From contig BFEA01000025.1 in assembly GCA_003427395.1 (NCBI GenBank), positions 4,467,668-4,531,667 on the forward strand: a stretch of DNA of 64,000 nucleotides, read 5' to 3'. This stretch comes from Chara braunii (lineage: Eukaryota > Plantae > Charophyceae). The translations under genes and the position numbers were made by a program. The notes beneath the pieces are model-generated. The model was given only the letters and a program-made list of their open reading frames with translations. It made no database searches and was not told the DNA's origin. Below are positions 36,351 to 48,448 of the stretch, one piece after another (position 1 is the stretch's first letter; each line of letters opens with the position of its first letter).

Positions 36351-37581
36351 TCCTGGCAGTGGTACCTCGGTAAGCTGGTTCGGTCGTAGAGACCGGAAGC
36401 GGGCGCTACTGCACCACTGTGACCTAACGCCCTAAAGCCTTATCTTAGAGGGCTATTGCACCAACCCCCCCCCCTTCCCCCTTCTCCCGACTCTGCCCTG
36501 TGTGGAAGTATAGACCTAAGGACTAGAATGAATGAAATAGAGTGCTTCTTGCTCGGTCCGGCCTCACTGACCAATGTGAGGTAAACAAGTATTTTGTCTG
36601 TAAAAGAAGACAAAAAGAAGAGACTCAGAAAATCTCAGAATGGCCTCAGAATCGTTGAGCACATTCAGGCAGGCGGCCTCTGAAGTTCCCTCGCGATTCA
36701 GCAGCAGGCAGGCGACCTCAGCACATCTTTCAGCAACCATGAGCAGCGCAAAAGAAATACAGTACCGATACTACCGAACGTTTTTCGAATTTCTCATGAT
36801 CAATCTGAGGGCGTAGTCACATCCTAAGTGCGAGGCCCTATGAGGCGCTGGGCTCGACAGGCAAGGCAGGTCAATTACCTGCGGTCGTCAGCCAGCCAGC
36901 CGCTGCAAATCGTCGCCGCCCGAGTAGAACGTGCAGTCATTATCGCTGTACCTCGACTGAAAGTTGGCCCAAATACGGCTGTTATGACCAAACGTTCTAC
37001 TCGGAGGAAGACGGCCCTTAGACGGGTGCTGAAGAGAGGTTAGGTTACCTCCGGTCATCAGCCAGACAGTACCTCCGCAGGTACCTCCGGTCAAGCCAGC
37101 CGCTGGCCCGGTTCTTTGTTATTTTTCTTTGTTTTTTTTCCTTTTTTCTTGAGACGCCGTGAGATATCATTTGGCGCCCGCCACCTAGAGATATGCCGTT
37201 GGTCCCCCCGAGTGGCATTGAGCAGAGACTGCTGATGTTCATAGGGGGAGGGGACCGGAGGGGAGGCACAGTGACTGGCCCATCGAAGAAGCTCGGTCCT
37301 GATGCTACCGGCTGACCCCTGGCCGGTATCGCCCACCTGCTGGTGGGTGCAGCTCCCGCACGTTCCCTCGTTGGAGGCTTGAGCACGGATGTGGCTGCTA
37401 CGGGGTTCCCCGTAATACTATAATGACAATAAAAAAGGCGTGAAAGGCCGTCCAGTCCAGATTTGACAGGTAATTGAATTGGTTGGGCTTCAAAGAATTA
37501 GCCTTTTTAAAACAAACATTATCGAAAACTGGCCGGCCCTAGATGATTCAGTCAGAATTGTAGTACTTCACTCATCTGCTT

Positions 37582-37677
37582 CCAGTGGAGTTCGAACTCA
37601 GGTCTGAAAAAAAAAAAAAAAAAAAAAACTCAGGTCTGTACTTCGACGGTTCAGGGGTGTACCAACTGAGCTAGACC
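37582..37677 (-). mobile_element. tRNA-derived SINE head interrupted by a poly(A) insertion
   Basis: Minus strand A box TAGCTCAGTTGG and B box GAGTTCGAACTCC; A run flanked by an AACTCAGGTCTG duplication. Confidence 0.7.
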
Positions 37678-37766
37678 AGTTCGTCTGCCTCCGGTTCTAC
37701 ACTCAGGTTTGTACTTCGACGGTTCAGGGGTGTACCAATCGAAATCTATCAACTATATATGTATGC

Positions 37767-37898
37767 ATATCGTCAAACAGTATATGAGTCGGTGAAACTC
37801 CGACGAAACAGTTTGTCACATATACAGCCCCTCGTTTGTTGTCCTCTTCTCCCTCTCTGCCTACGGTTCACCGTAGGCAGCTCTGTTCGACGATATAT
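37767..37898 (+). repeat. Small TA-embedded repeat with hammerhead-like core (copy 1)
   Basis: ATGAGTCGGTGAAACTCCGACGAAACAGTTTGTC; homologous to 58672-58786 (reverse); ends ATATCGTCAAACAG / CTGTTCGACGATAT are imperfectly inverted. Confidence 0.65.
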
Positions 37899-38022
37899 GA
37901 ACGCATAGAGTGAAGTGACCTGACGTGTGTGGGACTTGAACCCCGCACCTTCTTAGTGCATGCAACGCAGGCATTCCTTCCGCACGTCCGAGTTGATTTT
38001 CAATCCCAATTCCAACTGCTGG

Positions 38023-38082
38023 GTCTTTCGGGACATCCGTTAAAATTTGGCACGATACAGAGAAGAGTCGCATGGCCCCTGT
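38023..38082 (+). pseudogene. 3'-truncated U6 snRNA pseudogene
   Basis: GTCTTTCGGGACATCCGTTAAAATTTGGCACGATACAGAGAAGAGTCGCATGGCCCCTG. Confidence 0.8.
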
Positions 38083-39529
38083 CCAACTGCTATACCAACC
38101 GAACATCCACACTGGTGTCGTTGTAATCGTCGATGTACTTCAGTTTTTCGTGGTTCGTTGATGAGTGGTTGGCACTGGTTGCGTCGTTGATTTTGTTGGT
38201 GCCCTGAAAGGAAGGAGGGAGTAGGGACGAGAGTGGGGACACAGGACGGATACGAATACAATTTCCCGGCAGTCGACGACTCGACGGTAAATGGCGTCGC
38301 CTCAGAGATCCGACATATATTCAGGTACATTAACTCTCTGATGAATGGAGTGGTTGGGCAGGGTGGGTTGTACACATAGGGCCTCGCGGCACTACGCACC
38401 ACATGCGCAAAAGACAAAAAATATGACTGTGTATCTTCATGCGCAAAAGACCGAAAATTAGAGACGGTGTATCTCCCCTTCCCATGTTCTACGGGAAGAG
38501 TCATTCCCATTTTGTACGTTTGGTGAGTAGCGGAGCGAGGTCCATAGGCTGAAAATTGGTGGTTGACCATTGGTGGAAGCTTGACACGTGGGTTCAGGAT
38601 ATTAGGTGGGTCATTCAGGAGAAGTTGATATGGAGGGAGGGGAGGGAGGGAGGGAGGGAGGGGGGAGGGGGGAGGGGGTTTGCAGGGGAAGGTTTTGTTT
38701 TCCGTTTTTCCCCACGGGCCACAGCAGAACGCACGGTCATCATGTACAACCTGCTTTTCTGGTCTGATACGGTGATGATGAGGGTGCATTGTGGTCTTTG
38801 GAAGAAGGTGGTAGTCCAGCTTTTTGGGAAGGGAAGTGAGAGGAGGTTTTGCGTGCTTGAGCACGATGGGAATGTTTTGAAATTTTGAAAGTTTGAACTT
38901 TTTAAGTTTTGAAAATTTGAAAATTTGAAATTGAGCTAATGCGAGGAGGATACGTCCCAAGAGTCGACGTGAAGAAGACCAATTAATTGAGAATTTTTTT
39001 TTGTGGGTGTGTGCGCCATTTCTAGACATGTATGGTAATAATTCAATTTTACATTGTAATTGATTCAATTATAAGTGATTCAAATTGAAATGAGCATGGT
39101 ATCCAATGGCATCGTTCTCTTACTTCGCCGTTACGGTAGTGGGTGTGATATATGTTATGTTCCATTATAGCCCCGCGAGAAACCCAGTCACAGCCCCCTT
39201 TCAATCGTTCCGTTCCTGAAGGTAAACCCTCTTTTCCATGCATTNNNNNNNNNNNNNNNNNNNNNNNNNNNNNNNNNNNNNNNNNNNNNNNNNNNNNNNN
39301 NNNNNNNNNNNNNNNNNNNNNNNNNNNNNNNNNNNNNNNNNNNNNNNNNNNNNNNNNNNNNNNNNNNNNNNNNNNNNNNNNNNNNNNNNNNNNNNNNNNN
39401 NNNNNNNNNNNNNNNNNNNNNNNNNNNNNNNNNNNNNNNNNNNNNNNNNNNNNNNNNNNNNNNNNNNNNNNNNNNNNNNNNNNNNNNNNNNNNNNNNNNN
39501 NNNNNNNNNNNNNNNNNNNNNNNNNNNNN

Positions 39530-39611
<82 letters not shown>

Positions 39612-40279
39612 CTGTGTGTGTGTGTACCCGGATGCGTGTCTTCGTGTGTAGGTTTGTGGGTGGGGGGGGAGCGGCGGGCGCGGGGGGCCAATGACCTGCG
39701 CAGTGCGCTCTGCACGGATCTTGCCTCTTTACTTGCCGTACACAGGATGGTCAGGAGCAAAGAGCCTAGAATGCCAAAAAGGATCTAAACAATTCCCAAA
39801 GCAATTTACCGTCAAATCCATGTGTCCCCCAAACAATCAAGTGAAGAGTCTGATTCCATCTTCAGCCACTACTGCTTGGAAATTTGGGCAAAGTTGCGGC
39901 AAACCCGCTTCTAATCTGCCCTAGACCGTTCCGCTCTAGCCTCTAAGTCAACGCTAGCATTCCCCTCCGGCAAATCGGATCAAATGTGGTTGAACCGTAA
40001 AGCATTCTCCTCACTCCTGCGTCCTCACAGCATCCTCCTCATTCCTCACTCTATTCGAAATGGACCCCATGAGACGAACCAATGCATCCAATTCCATGTG
40101 ATGGAATTGAATCCGACTGGTCCGATGAATAATTCACACTTCTCAAACTCAATCTACCCTTCTTTCCCGCAATAGAACGCATGGGCAGTATCGCTCTATC
40201 TAGGCCGAAAGTTGCCCCGATACAATGACACAACTATAACGACCGTCCGTTGCTGTGTTGGATTATAAGCAATTCGATT

Positions 40280-41695
40280 ATGTTCAATCCGATTGGACCC
40301 GATTCAATCCGATCCGAATCGATCCGATCCGAATCGATCCGATCCGATCCAATCCTATTCAATCCGATCCGATTCGACTCGATTCAATCCGATCCTTTCC
40401 CAAATAGTTAAATCAAGCAATTGGATTTTATCCATGGATTAGATCCGATTTAAGCCGATTCGAACCTTTTACGCATTGCCAATCGGATCGATTCAATTGC
40501 ATTAATTCACAATTTGGTATGCAAGCAATTAAACTCCATTTTTCTATCCTTAGGCTATCCTTAACCGATTTTTTGCAAACAATTGGAATCGTATCCGTCG
40601 ATTAGATCCGATTTAAGCCGGTCCGATCCCTACGCAATGGGATCGATTAAATTAAATTGCATTAATTCAGAGTAATTTCACAGTTTTGGTTGCAAGCAAA
40701 AGCAATTAGACTCGATTAGATTCGCTTCAATCCAATCCTCTCCTTACGCAATTGGATCTTCTTCTTCTTCTTCTTCTTCTTCTTCTTTTTTTTTTTTTTT
40801 TTTTTAATTGGATCGTTTTATTTGAATTGCATTCGATCACAAATTGGATTGCAAGCAGGGAAATTCGAGTCGCCCGTTGGCAAAGGAATAAATAGGGGCG
40901 CCGGGCCGAAAGGGCCGAAAGACTGCCGCCGTCTTGGCCCGAAATAGAACGTGCTCTGGTCTTTAGCCCCCAGACGATACCCCGAAGCGCAGTCGGTTCA
41001 AGGTCCAAGCGCCTCGTAGGGGACGCGTGCACGCTAAACTCGTACATCATTAGAGACACGTGATCATGTATCTTTCCCTGTTCTAGCAGAGAATTCATTC
41101 TCATTTTGAGTTTAACGACATGCGAACGAGTTCAACGGCATACGAATGAAGAGTGCGGCCCTCGGCGNNNNNNNNNNNNNNNNNNNNNNNNNNNNNNNNN
41201 NNNNNNNNNNNNNNNNNNNNNNNNNNNNNNNNNNNNNNNNNNNNNNNNNNNNNNNNNCGGCCCTCGGCGCACCACTCACCAACGGCACAAAAGGCAAATT
41301 ATGGAGATCATGTATATTTCCCTGTTCTAGCAGAGAATTCATTCTCATTTTGCACATTTGGTGACTGGTGCGGCGAGGCCGTCGTGTTCAGGAAGCATTT
41401 AGGCCTGTCACTACGTCTTCAATCCGATCCGATCCGATTCGATCCGATTCGATCTGATCGGACTCGATCGGACCCGATCAGACGGGATCCGATCGGATCA
41501 TTCCTATCTGATCCGGTCCTTCTTAATTACAATTACAAGCAATTGGATCGTGGGGATCGATGAGATATGGATTCGATCCGATCCGATCCGATCCGATCCG
41601 ATCCGATCCAGTCCTACTTAATTACAATTTCAAGCAATTGGATCGTTTCCAGCGATGAGATTTGGGTTCAATCCGATCCGATCCGATCCGATTGG
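40280..41695. repeat. (GATCC/CCGAT)n pentamer-rich repeat region with internal duplications
   Basis: Runs at ~40295-40395, 41420-41515, 41575-41610, 41670-41692; ~45-bp duplicate at ~41062 and ~41306. Confidence 0.85.
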
Positions 41696-42120
41696 GTCTC
41701 TAGCCTCAGGGCTGAGGGCTGAGTCCCTGAGTCCCTGAGGCCCTGAGTTCCTGAGGCCCTGAGGCCAGAGGCCGACGGGTCCTCTATGCTGGCAAAGTCT
41801 GGAAAAGACGACATTTTTGCTGGGAAACTCTGTGGGCCTGGTAAAGCTGCTGTGAAACATATATTTCTGCAAGGGAAACATGGATTCGATGATAAATTTG
41901 CTGTCAAGCTTTCGAAAAGCAATGTTTTTGCAATTTACCCTTGATTGATGGATGTATTCATTGAATGTGATGATTGATTGAAGGGATTGATGGACAAATA
42001 GCAGGTGTAAAGTGAAGAGGAGTGATTGATTGAATGAACTCATTGATTGACTGAATGGATTGTGAGACCAGTTATTGACAAGGAAACTTGGGGGTCTTGT
42101 GTGACCAGATATTGTGAGAA

Positions 42121-42430
42121 GGAGACCTGCCAGTGGGAGTTCGATTGCTGATCATTGAATCGGGATTGGACTGTGATTGGGTCGTGATTGGGTCGTGATT
42201 GGGTCGGATTGATATCGGGGATCGCATGGCAGGAAGGGAGACCTGGGAGTTCGTTTGCTGATCATTGGGTCGGGATTGGACTGTGATTGGGTCGGGACTG
42301 GGTCGGAATGATACGGGGATCGCATCGCAGGGAGGAGGACCTGGGAGTTCGTTTGCTGATTATGGGATCGGGATTGGACTGTGATTGGGTCGGGACTGGG
42401 TGCGGAATGATATGGGGGATCGCATCGCAG
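42121..42430. repeat. ~100-bp tandem repeat x3
   Basis: gggagttcg..gctgat..cgggattggactgtgattgggtcg at 42135, 42245, 42343. Confidence 0.85.
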
Positions 42431-42974
42431 GAAAGCGTTAATTTGCCGGACAAGCCGAGGAGAGCGGCAGAGAGAAGGAATGCAGCAGAGAGGACTCCAA
42501 GGAGGACGCAGGGCGGCGAGCTGAGGAGTGGGCAGGAGGAAGAAGAGAAGTGCGCGAGGCGAAGTTAGGAGTGAGAGAGAAACTACCTTAGTCTGGAGTG
42601 AGAGAAGACTCTGTCTGAGGAGGGAAGTGGGAAAATTGAGGAGAGAGGAACGCAAGCAGACGGGCGATTGGTCACTGCCTCCCTTGTTTGCATTGATGTG
42701 GCGGAGGGAGGTGCTGAGGGAGGCATCACTGGAAGTTTTACATCCGGATTTCCAGCACTGGTAGAGCGAAGTCGGCAGATCGAAGTCATTGAACTGCTAA
42801 TCTTTTTTGGCGACGCGCATTTGGGACACTTTCGGTGGAGAGGGATTGTTGTTGTTTTGAATGAGGACGTGAAACGGAGACCGTAGACCCGCTAACGGCG
42901 TGCCTTTCATCCTCATTCACCTGGCCCCTTATCTGCTCTCTCTCTCTCTCTCTCNNNNNNNNNNNNNNNNNNNN

Positions 42975-43043
<69 letters not shown>

Positions 43044-43156
43044 CGCGCGCCTCATCGCGATGCGAGGGGGAAAGCAGGGGGGTTAGGGGGCGGGAAAGTG
43101 CGAGCCCCCTTTATGAGGGGAGTAAGAGGTGACTCGTGGTTGGTAGTACAGGGAAC

Positions 43157-44065
43157 ATGGGAACTTACAGCGCGCGGGGCGGAGAGGACCATGGAGGAGG
43201 AGGAGGAGGTGGAGGAGGGGGAGGGGGAGGGGGAAGGCGACGGCGAGGGAGTGCGAGAATAGAGGAGGTATTGGAGGATGGGAGCATTTTAACGGAATCG
43301 GACAGCGAGAGTTGTCCAAATACCTCGCACGGACTGGGGACGACAGTTCAGAGATTATTCTCGGAAAGTGCGTGTAGAGTCGGCGGGCTCTGGCCAAGGA
43401 ATTGCTTGGTGCAGTTGGGCTTGACGGCAAGCAGGAGGCGATGCGACAGCTCTTGCGAGAGATCCTTTAAGGCTCCCACGGAGTTTGGTAGCGCCAAAGG
43501 CAAGAAAAGAGGAAGAGGAGAAGGGAGGAAGGCAAACTACCTTGGGCAAGGAGTAGATGGAAGAGGAACCGCAACAGGAGGAGGAGGAGGAAGAAGAGGA
43601 GGGGCATGGAGCCGGCCTCGGTATTACCGATCGAGCAACAAGTCGCCCTGCTCTGGCTTCGACCCCGCATTCGGATTGCTCGCGAGAGATAGCGATGAGG
43701 GGCGGGAGGGGGGGGAGGGGGGCAGCGGAGGAGGAGGGCCATTCTGGGGTCGGCGTCGAGATATACATGACGGAAAATACGGTAATTGCTCGGAGGAGGG
43801 AGGGGGAGAAGGAGAGGGAGAGGGAGGAGGAGGAGGAGGGCAAATGGCGTGGTGGTCTCTCGATGGTAGGTTGATGGGTCTCGAAGGGGTGGACAGCCTG
43901 GTCATTGACAGCCCGTCAGTGGAAGCGGATGCCCGCATTGCTTGGCAGGGCTTCGCGCCCCTTCAACGAGTACTGATCGTGGCCGTATCAGCAGCGGCTG
44001 CTGCAGCTGCACAGAATGAACGGAGGAAGGAGATTCGACGACTACGCCATGCTCTCTCAGCCAGG
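43157..44065 (+). CDS. Exon 1 of a probable host gene (Gly-rich N-terminus; plant-type uncharacterised coiled-coil protein)
   Basis: ATG 43157, open frame ending WQGFAPLQRVLIVAVSAAAA..EIRRLRHALSAR, GT donor at 44066 (phase 0). Confidence 0.7.
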
Positions 44066-44140
44066 GTAGAGATATTAATCGATCAATCAATCAACCTCTC
44101 ATGGACACAAGTGCATTCATAATTTAATACTCTGAGACTC

Positions 44141-44174
<34 letters not shown>

Positions 44175-44275
44175 CCGTCACCTTCTCCTGTTCTCTCTTA
44201 AGTACTCCAAGAACAGTGCAATAATTTTCTAGCTTTTTATTTTCTATTATCTTGTTGAAATTGCAGTCATAGGTA

Positions 44276-44428
44276 GAGTCAAACGAATGAATAGAAAATA
44301 ATCAAAAAGAATTATAAAGAGTTTGGAGTCAAACGAATGAATATCAAATAATCAAAAAGAATTTGGAGTCAACGAATGAATATCAAATAATCAAAAAGAA
44401 TTTGGAGTCAAACGAATGAATATCAAAT
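44276..44428. repeat. ~40-bp minisatellite x4
   Basis: gagtcaaacgaatgaatatcaaataatcaaaaagaattt repeated. Confidence 0.9.
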
Positions 44429-44552
44429 TGGAGAAGTTTTTTTTTTTTCTTTTCCAAATCATGTTTCAGTTATTGACTGAGAAACACAAGTTTACAGACA
44501 TAATTAATTTGAAACTTGAAAGTCAATCTATTTCACATCAAATTTCATTGTT

Positions 44553-44634
44553 ACCCTCTACTATCGGAGTTGAACCGGTGACCATTGCATTACAAGCGCA
44601 ACGCTTTGCCCTCTAAACCTTGTAGCTTAAGGGG
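44553..44634 (-). pseudogene. Degenerate tRNA-Thr(UGU)-like sequence
   Basis: Anticodon arm TTGCG-CT-TGT-AA-TGCAA and T arm ACCGG-TTCAACT-CCGAT; D arm disrupted. Confidence 0.6.
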
Positions 44635-44639
44635 ATAAA

Positions 44640-44720
<81 letters not shown>

Positions 44721-45748
44721 CTCTCTCTCTTCACCTCCAATTCCTGCTTTTTCCTAGTTTCCGTTCCTGCATGCCAATGCAGAGGCCTCAGAAATTTATA
44801 TCGATGCTCAGACGCTGCAGAGCCTTGACCAGGTGTATTTTTGTTTTCTCCCCTTTTCTGGTCAATTGGACCATGGGCACACTGGCACAGTGCCAGAGTC
44901 GCAAACTACAGTCTTCCCACTAACACATCATCCTGGTCTACTCGTCACTCTACCGTCTTCCCAATAACACAGCATCCTGGTCGTGCATGTATACAAGCTA
45001 TCTTTCCGGTAGAATACAGTCATAATGAGGTCGCACTGTGTTTGAGGGAAGACAACTTCGTTGACGGTGTGCTCGATCACAATGTTTGCCCCCCCGTGTA
45101 AGGATCATAAGAATCATAAAATTCCTTTCCCCCCAAAAAAATCTCGGGAGCCGCGATTCAGAAGGCCGGCTGTTTTGTCATGTGAAAAGTGAAAATCTTA
45201 TCGCATACGCAAACCTATGTGTCGCAATGCAACAGCTGTACAGTTCCACAGCGTTAATGACACAGCTGGACAGCCTGGACAAAATTAGTGATGTGTCAAG
45301 TGACAAAGGTAGAAGGCTTTGCTTCATCGGAGAAGTGGTGGCCTGGGCATCTGTTTTTTGCCTGGCAAAGCCGAAGCTGAGGAGAAGGACCGAGTCAATG
45401 GTAGAACAATAGACACGACTCTAGAACAATAGGCGAGACTACAGATTAGTACAGAATAAAGAATAACATAAATCCAAGACTTTCTCACCCCACTAAGTTG
45501 GCACTAACCGTCTGCCTGTCAAAGGAGCACGATCAGATTCCCGACTTTGACGGAACTTTGGAAAAAAGGAGCTTTGTTGGGAGGGCCAGGGAGGCCCTTT
45601 TCATGATGGAGGATGGGAAGACGCTTTGTATAGCTGAGTCTAAGATGACCTCCCTAAAGAGTCATGTGAGGCCAACTGGGATATATGGGGAGAAGATCTA
45701 ATGGACTAGTTCAAAGCTGTAGCGGTACTCCTCTCAGAGAGCAGCCTG

Positions 45749-46007
45749 CATCATGCTGGTCCAGTTCGGGACCGCCGGGCTGTTCCTGGACCGGTAGTAA
45801 GCCCGGCATCCAGACCGTCCTCTGTACACTGCTTCATTGTTCCTCTTTCAAATTTGTCCAATTGGCAGCTCTGGGAGAGCGGCCTACAAAAGGCCCTACA
45901 TCATGCTGGTCCAGCTCCGGACTGGCGGGCTGTTCCTGGACCAGTAGTAGGCCCGACACTGATACAGTGTTCCTCTTTCCAAGTCTTTCAAATTTGTCCA
46001 ACTGGCA
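45749..46007. repeat. ~150-bp period imperfect duplication
   Basis: catcatgctggtccag..ctgttcctggacc..tttcaaatttgtccaa x2. Confidence 0.75.
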
Positions 46008-47902
46008 TTCTACCGGTCGCTTTGGACTCTTCCAGGCCTCAGCTGCTGCTCCTGTATGTGTTCATTGAGTCTGTTGACTCTGTTCAGTCGCACGTGCACA
46101 CATCCTCCCATGTTGTAGGCTCGCCACAAAGTGGGCCTCCAGGAGGAATGCAAGGGGTAGGTCACCGTAGGTGCTGTCACTTGGAGTCCTCTGCTGTGAA
46201 CGCAGGACGTGGAGACAAGTTCTTTTTCTTTTTCATTTTTTCTCTCCCCTCCCTTCAATCCCTTCTTGTGTCGCAAGTGTGCTCATCTCTGATGGTAGTG
46301 TGATTCTGTGTGATCGAAGTATCCGGGAAAGTGCTGGAGATGGTCATGGAGGGAGGAGATGCACTCCCTGGGATGAGATGCTAGCCGCAATTAAGAGTCC
46401 GTAGACAGCTCCCACATGTTATGTGGGGCGCTGCCCGGGCGCAAGGTAACATTGAACTCCCTCGGACTCTCGGAGGCTCAGACTGAATGTGGCTGAATGG
46501 TAGTACCCACATCATGTAACTGCTAAACCACCAGTCCACCACTGCCGGTGACAGCTTGAAAATGCGCAAAATTGTGTATGCTTGACTTGGCATGCAGTAA
46601 ACAGGTGGGCGGTAGGGTTGGCCAAACTTGGAAAAGAACCCATTTTTTCCTACTTGCGGCCTATTGGTAGGCCCACAGGCCCCACATGGGTTTGGTTTGC
46701 TGGATCAGGCCCAGGAAACAATGTGCCAGTTCGTTAAATTAAAAGTGGTGTCAGGGCCAGTGGCGGTTTTTTGAACAGGTCGAGAGGTCAAATCCTGGTG
46801 GAATCAGATGGATACAACAAGGCTGGGAACTTAGGAGCTACCCCCTCTTAAAATAAAAATGTAAAAGGAATGAACTCCTTCGACCAATGGACTCCGATTC
46901 CCAAAATGAGTGCACTGGATGAATACCCTGCAATGTACCCAACCTCAGAAGCTCACCACCATATATCACATGAACTCACAAGGCTCAACTCAATAAGAAA
47001 CAAATTGAGACAGCAATGAACAACAAGACAGTGTCACTGGCCAGAAGAAGAGTAATAGTGTGGCAATACTGTAAACTATAAACAACGAATGCAACGTTCA
47101 AATGCAGCTAGTGGGTTGTATCTCTCCACTCCTTCACCACCAGACTCGGCGCCAGTCTAGAGGCTAGACACAATGTCACATGGCAAGTCAACCTCTCTAC
47201 AGTGCTGGGCCTGCTGGTCTTTCTCCGGCTAGTGCAAAGAACCGGGAACTCGAACTGATTATGTCAATCTTTGGCCGCAGCATGGAGTCCTCTTCCCCCA
47301 AATCACGACCACATTGCCTTCGTGAACCGATGGTGACCTTCCCTCTCATTCCCTGACGTCACTTCCGAGTCGTACCAACGTCTACCGTATTCCCCCGAAT
47401 AGAACGCACCCTGATAATGAGTGTATACAAGCTATCTTTCCAGTCCGGTGCGGTTATGGTGAGGGTGTGTCGCATTCGGGGAAAGACTGTAGTACAAGTG
47501 CAACACTCTCTCTGTAGCAGTGTAGCACAAGCACCAACAGAGCGAAGTCCTAGAAGATGAAGGCTGGTATCCCCTTTTGGATTCTTCTTCCTCAGGTAGC
47601 TATGGCCGCCAGCCAACAGGTAAGCGTGCACAATGGTTATCTCTTCCTTCCAATCCCCACCCCTTACAGGCTGACCCTCCTCATTATGGTGCCAGACAAG
47701 TTCTAGATGGCAACGCCACCTCTGAGTCTTGGATGCAACCAGTAATCTTCTCTGCAGTAGCTATGGCTGAACACTCCACGTTAACACTCTTCAGGTAAGC
47801 TTCCTCTTTCCCCCACCCTTGAACTCAACCTCATATCTCCCCTGAGTCCCCTCTTCTCTCTCACACATCTATGGTGCATCAGCACCGTCTATTCACTATG
47901 GC

Positions 47903-47907
<5 letters not shown>

Positions 47908-47995
<88 letters not shown>

Positions 47996-47996
47996 N

Positions 47997-48087
<91 letters not shown>
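47908..48087. repeat. (CT)n microsatellite; similar tracts at ~3790, 39530, 42976, 44641, 58565, 59876 (ATCT), 61569
   Basis: Direct inspection. Confidence 0.95.
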
Positions 48088-48089
<2 letters not shown>

Positions 48090-48448
48090 GCATCCTCACA
48101 CTCTGCCTGTCTGCCTTTGTCCAGCACTGGCACTTGAGCAGCAGCGGTGTAGTCTGCAAGGAGCGCTAGGCAGAATGAATGAACGAGCTGAGGCAGGCCA
48201 CTCTTTTGTGGTGTTGACTCAGCCTGGCCTGCCTTCGGTTTGCCTCCTCGAAGGGCTGTGATTTCCCAATCTGTGTAGCCTGGAGTTGCTCGTGACCAGT
48301 GTGTGCGTAGACCCAGTGGGCCTTGAAACTTCTGGAAACTGTACTGAGCTTTTGGAGTTGTGTGAGATCTGTAGCTGTGGTTGAATCCTGGGAATGCTTC
48401 GACTCTTTGACTTCTGTGGCCGTGCAGGGCCTGACCCAGGCTGACCGC

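Noticed and set aside
38040-39068. 342-aa minus-strand ORF
   Set aside because: No recognisable domain; it crosses low-complexity repeats and the U6 relic
41156-41269. CGGCCCTCGGCG repeated on both sides of an N run
   Set aside because: Likely a scaffold-gap overlap or unresolved tandem repeat
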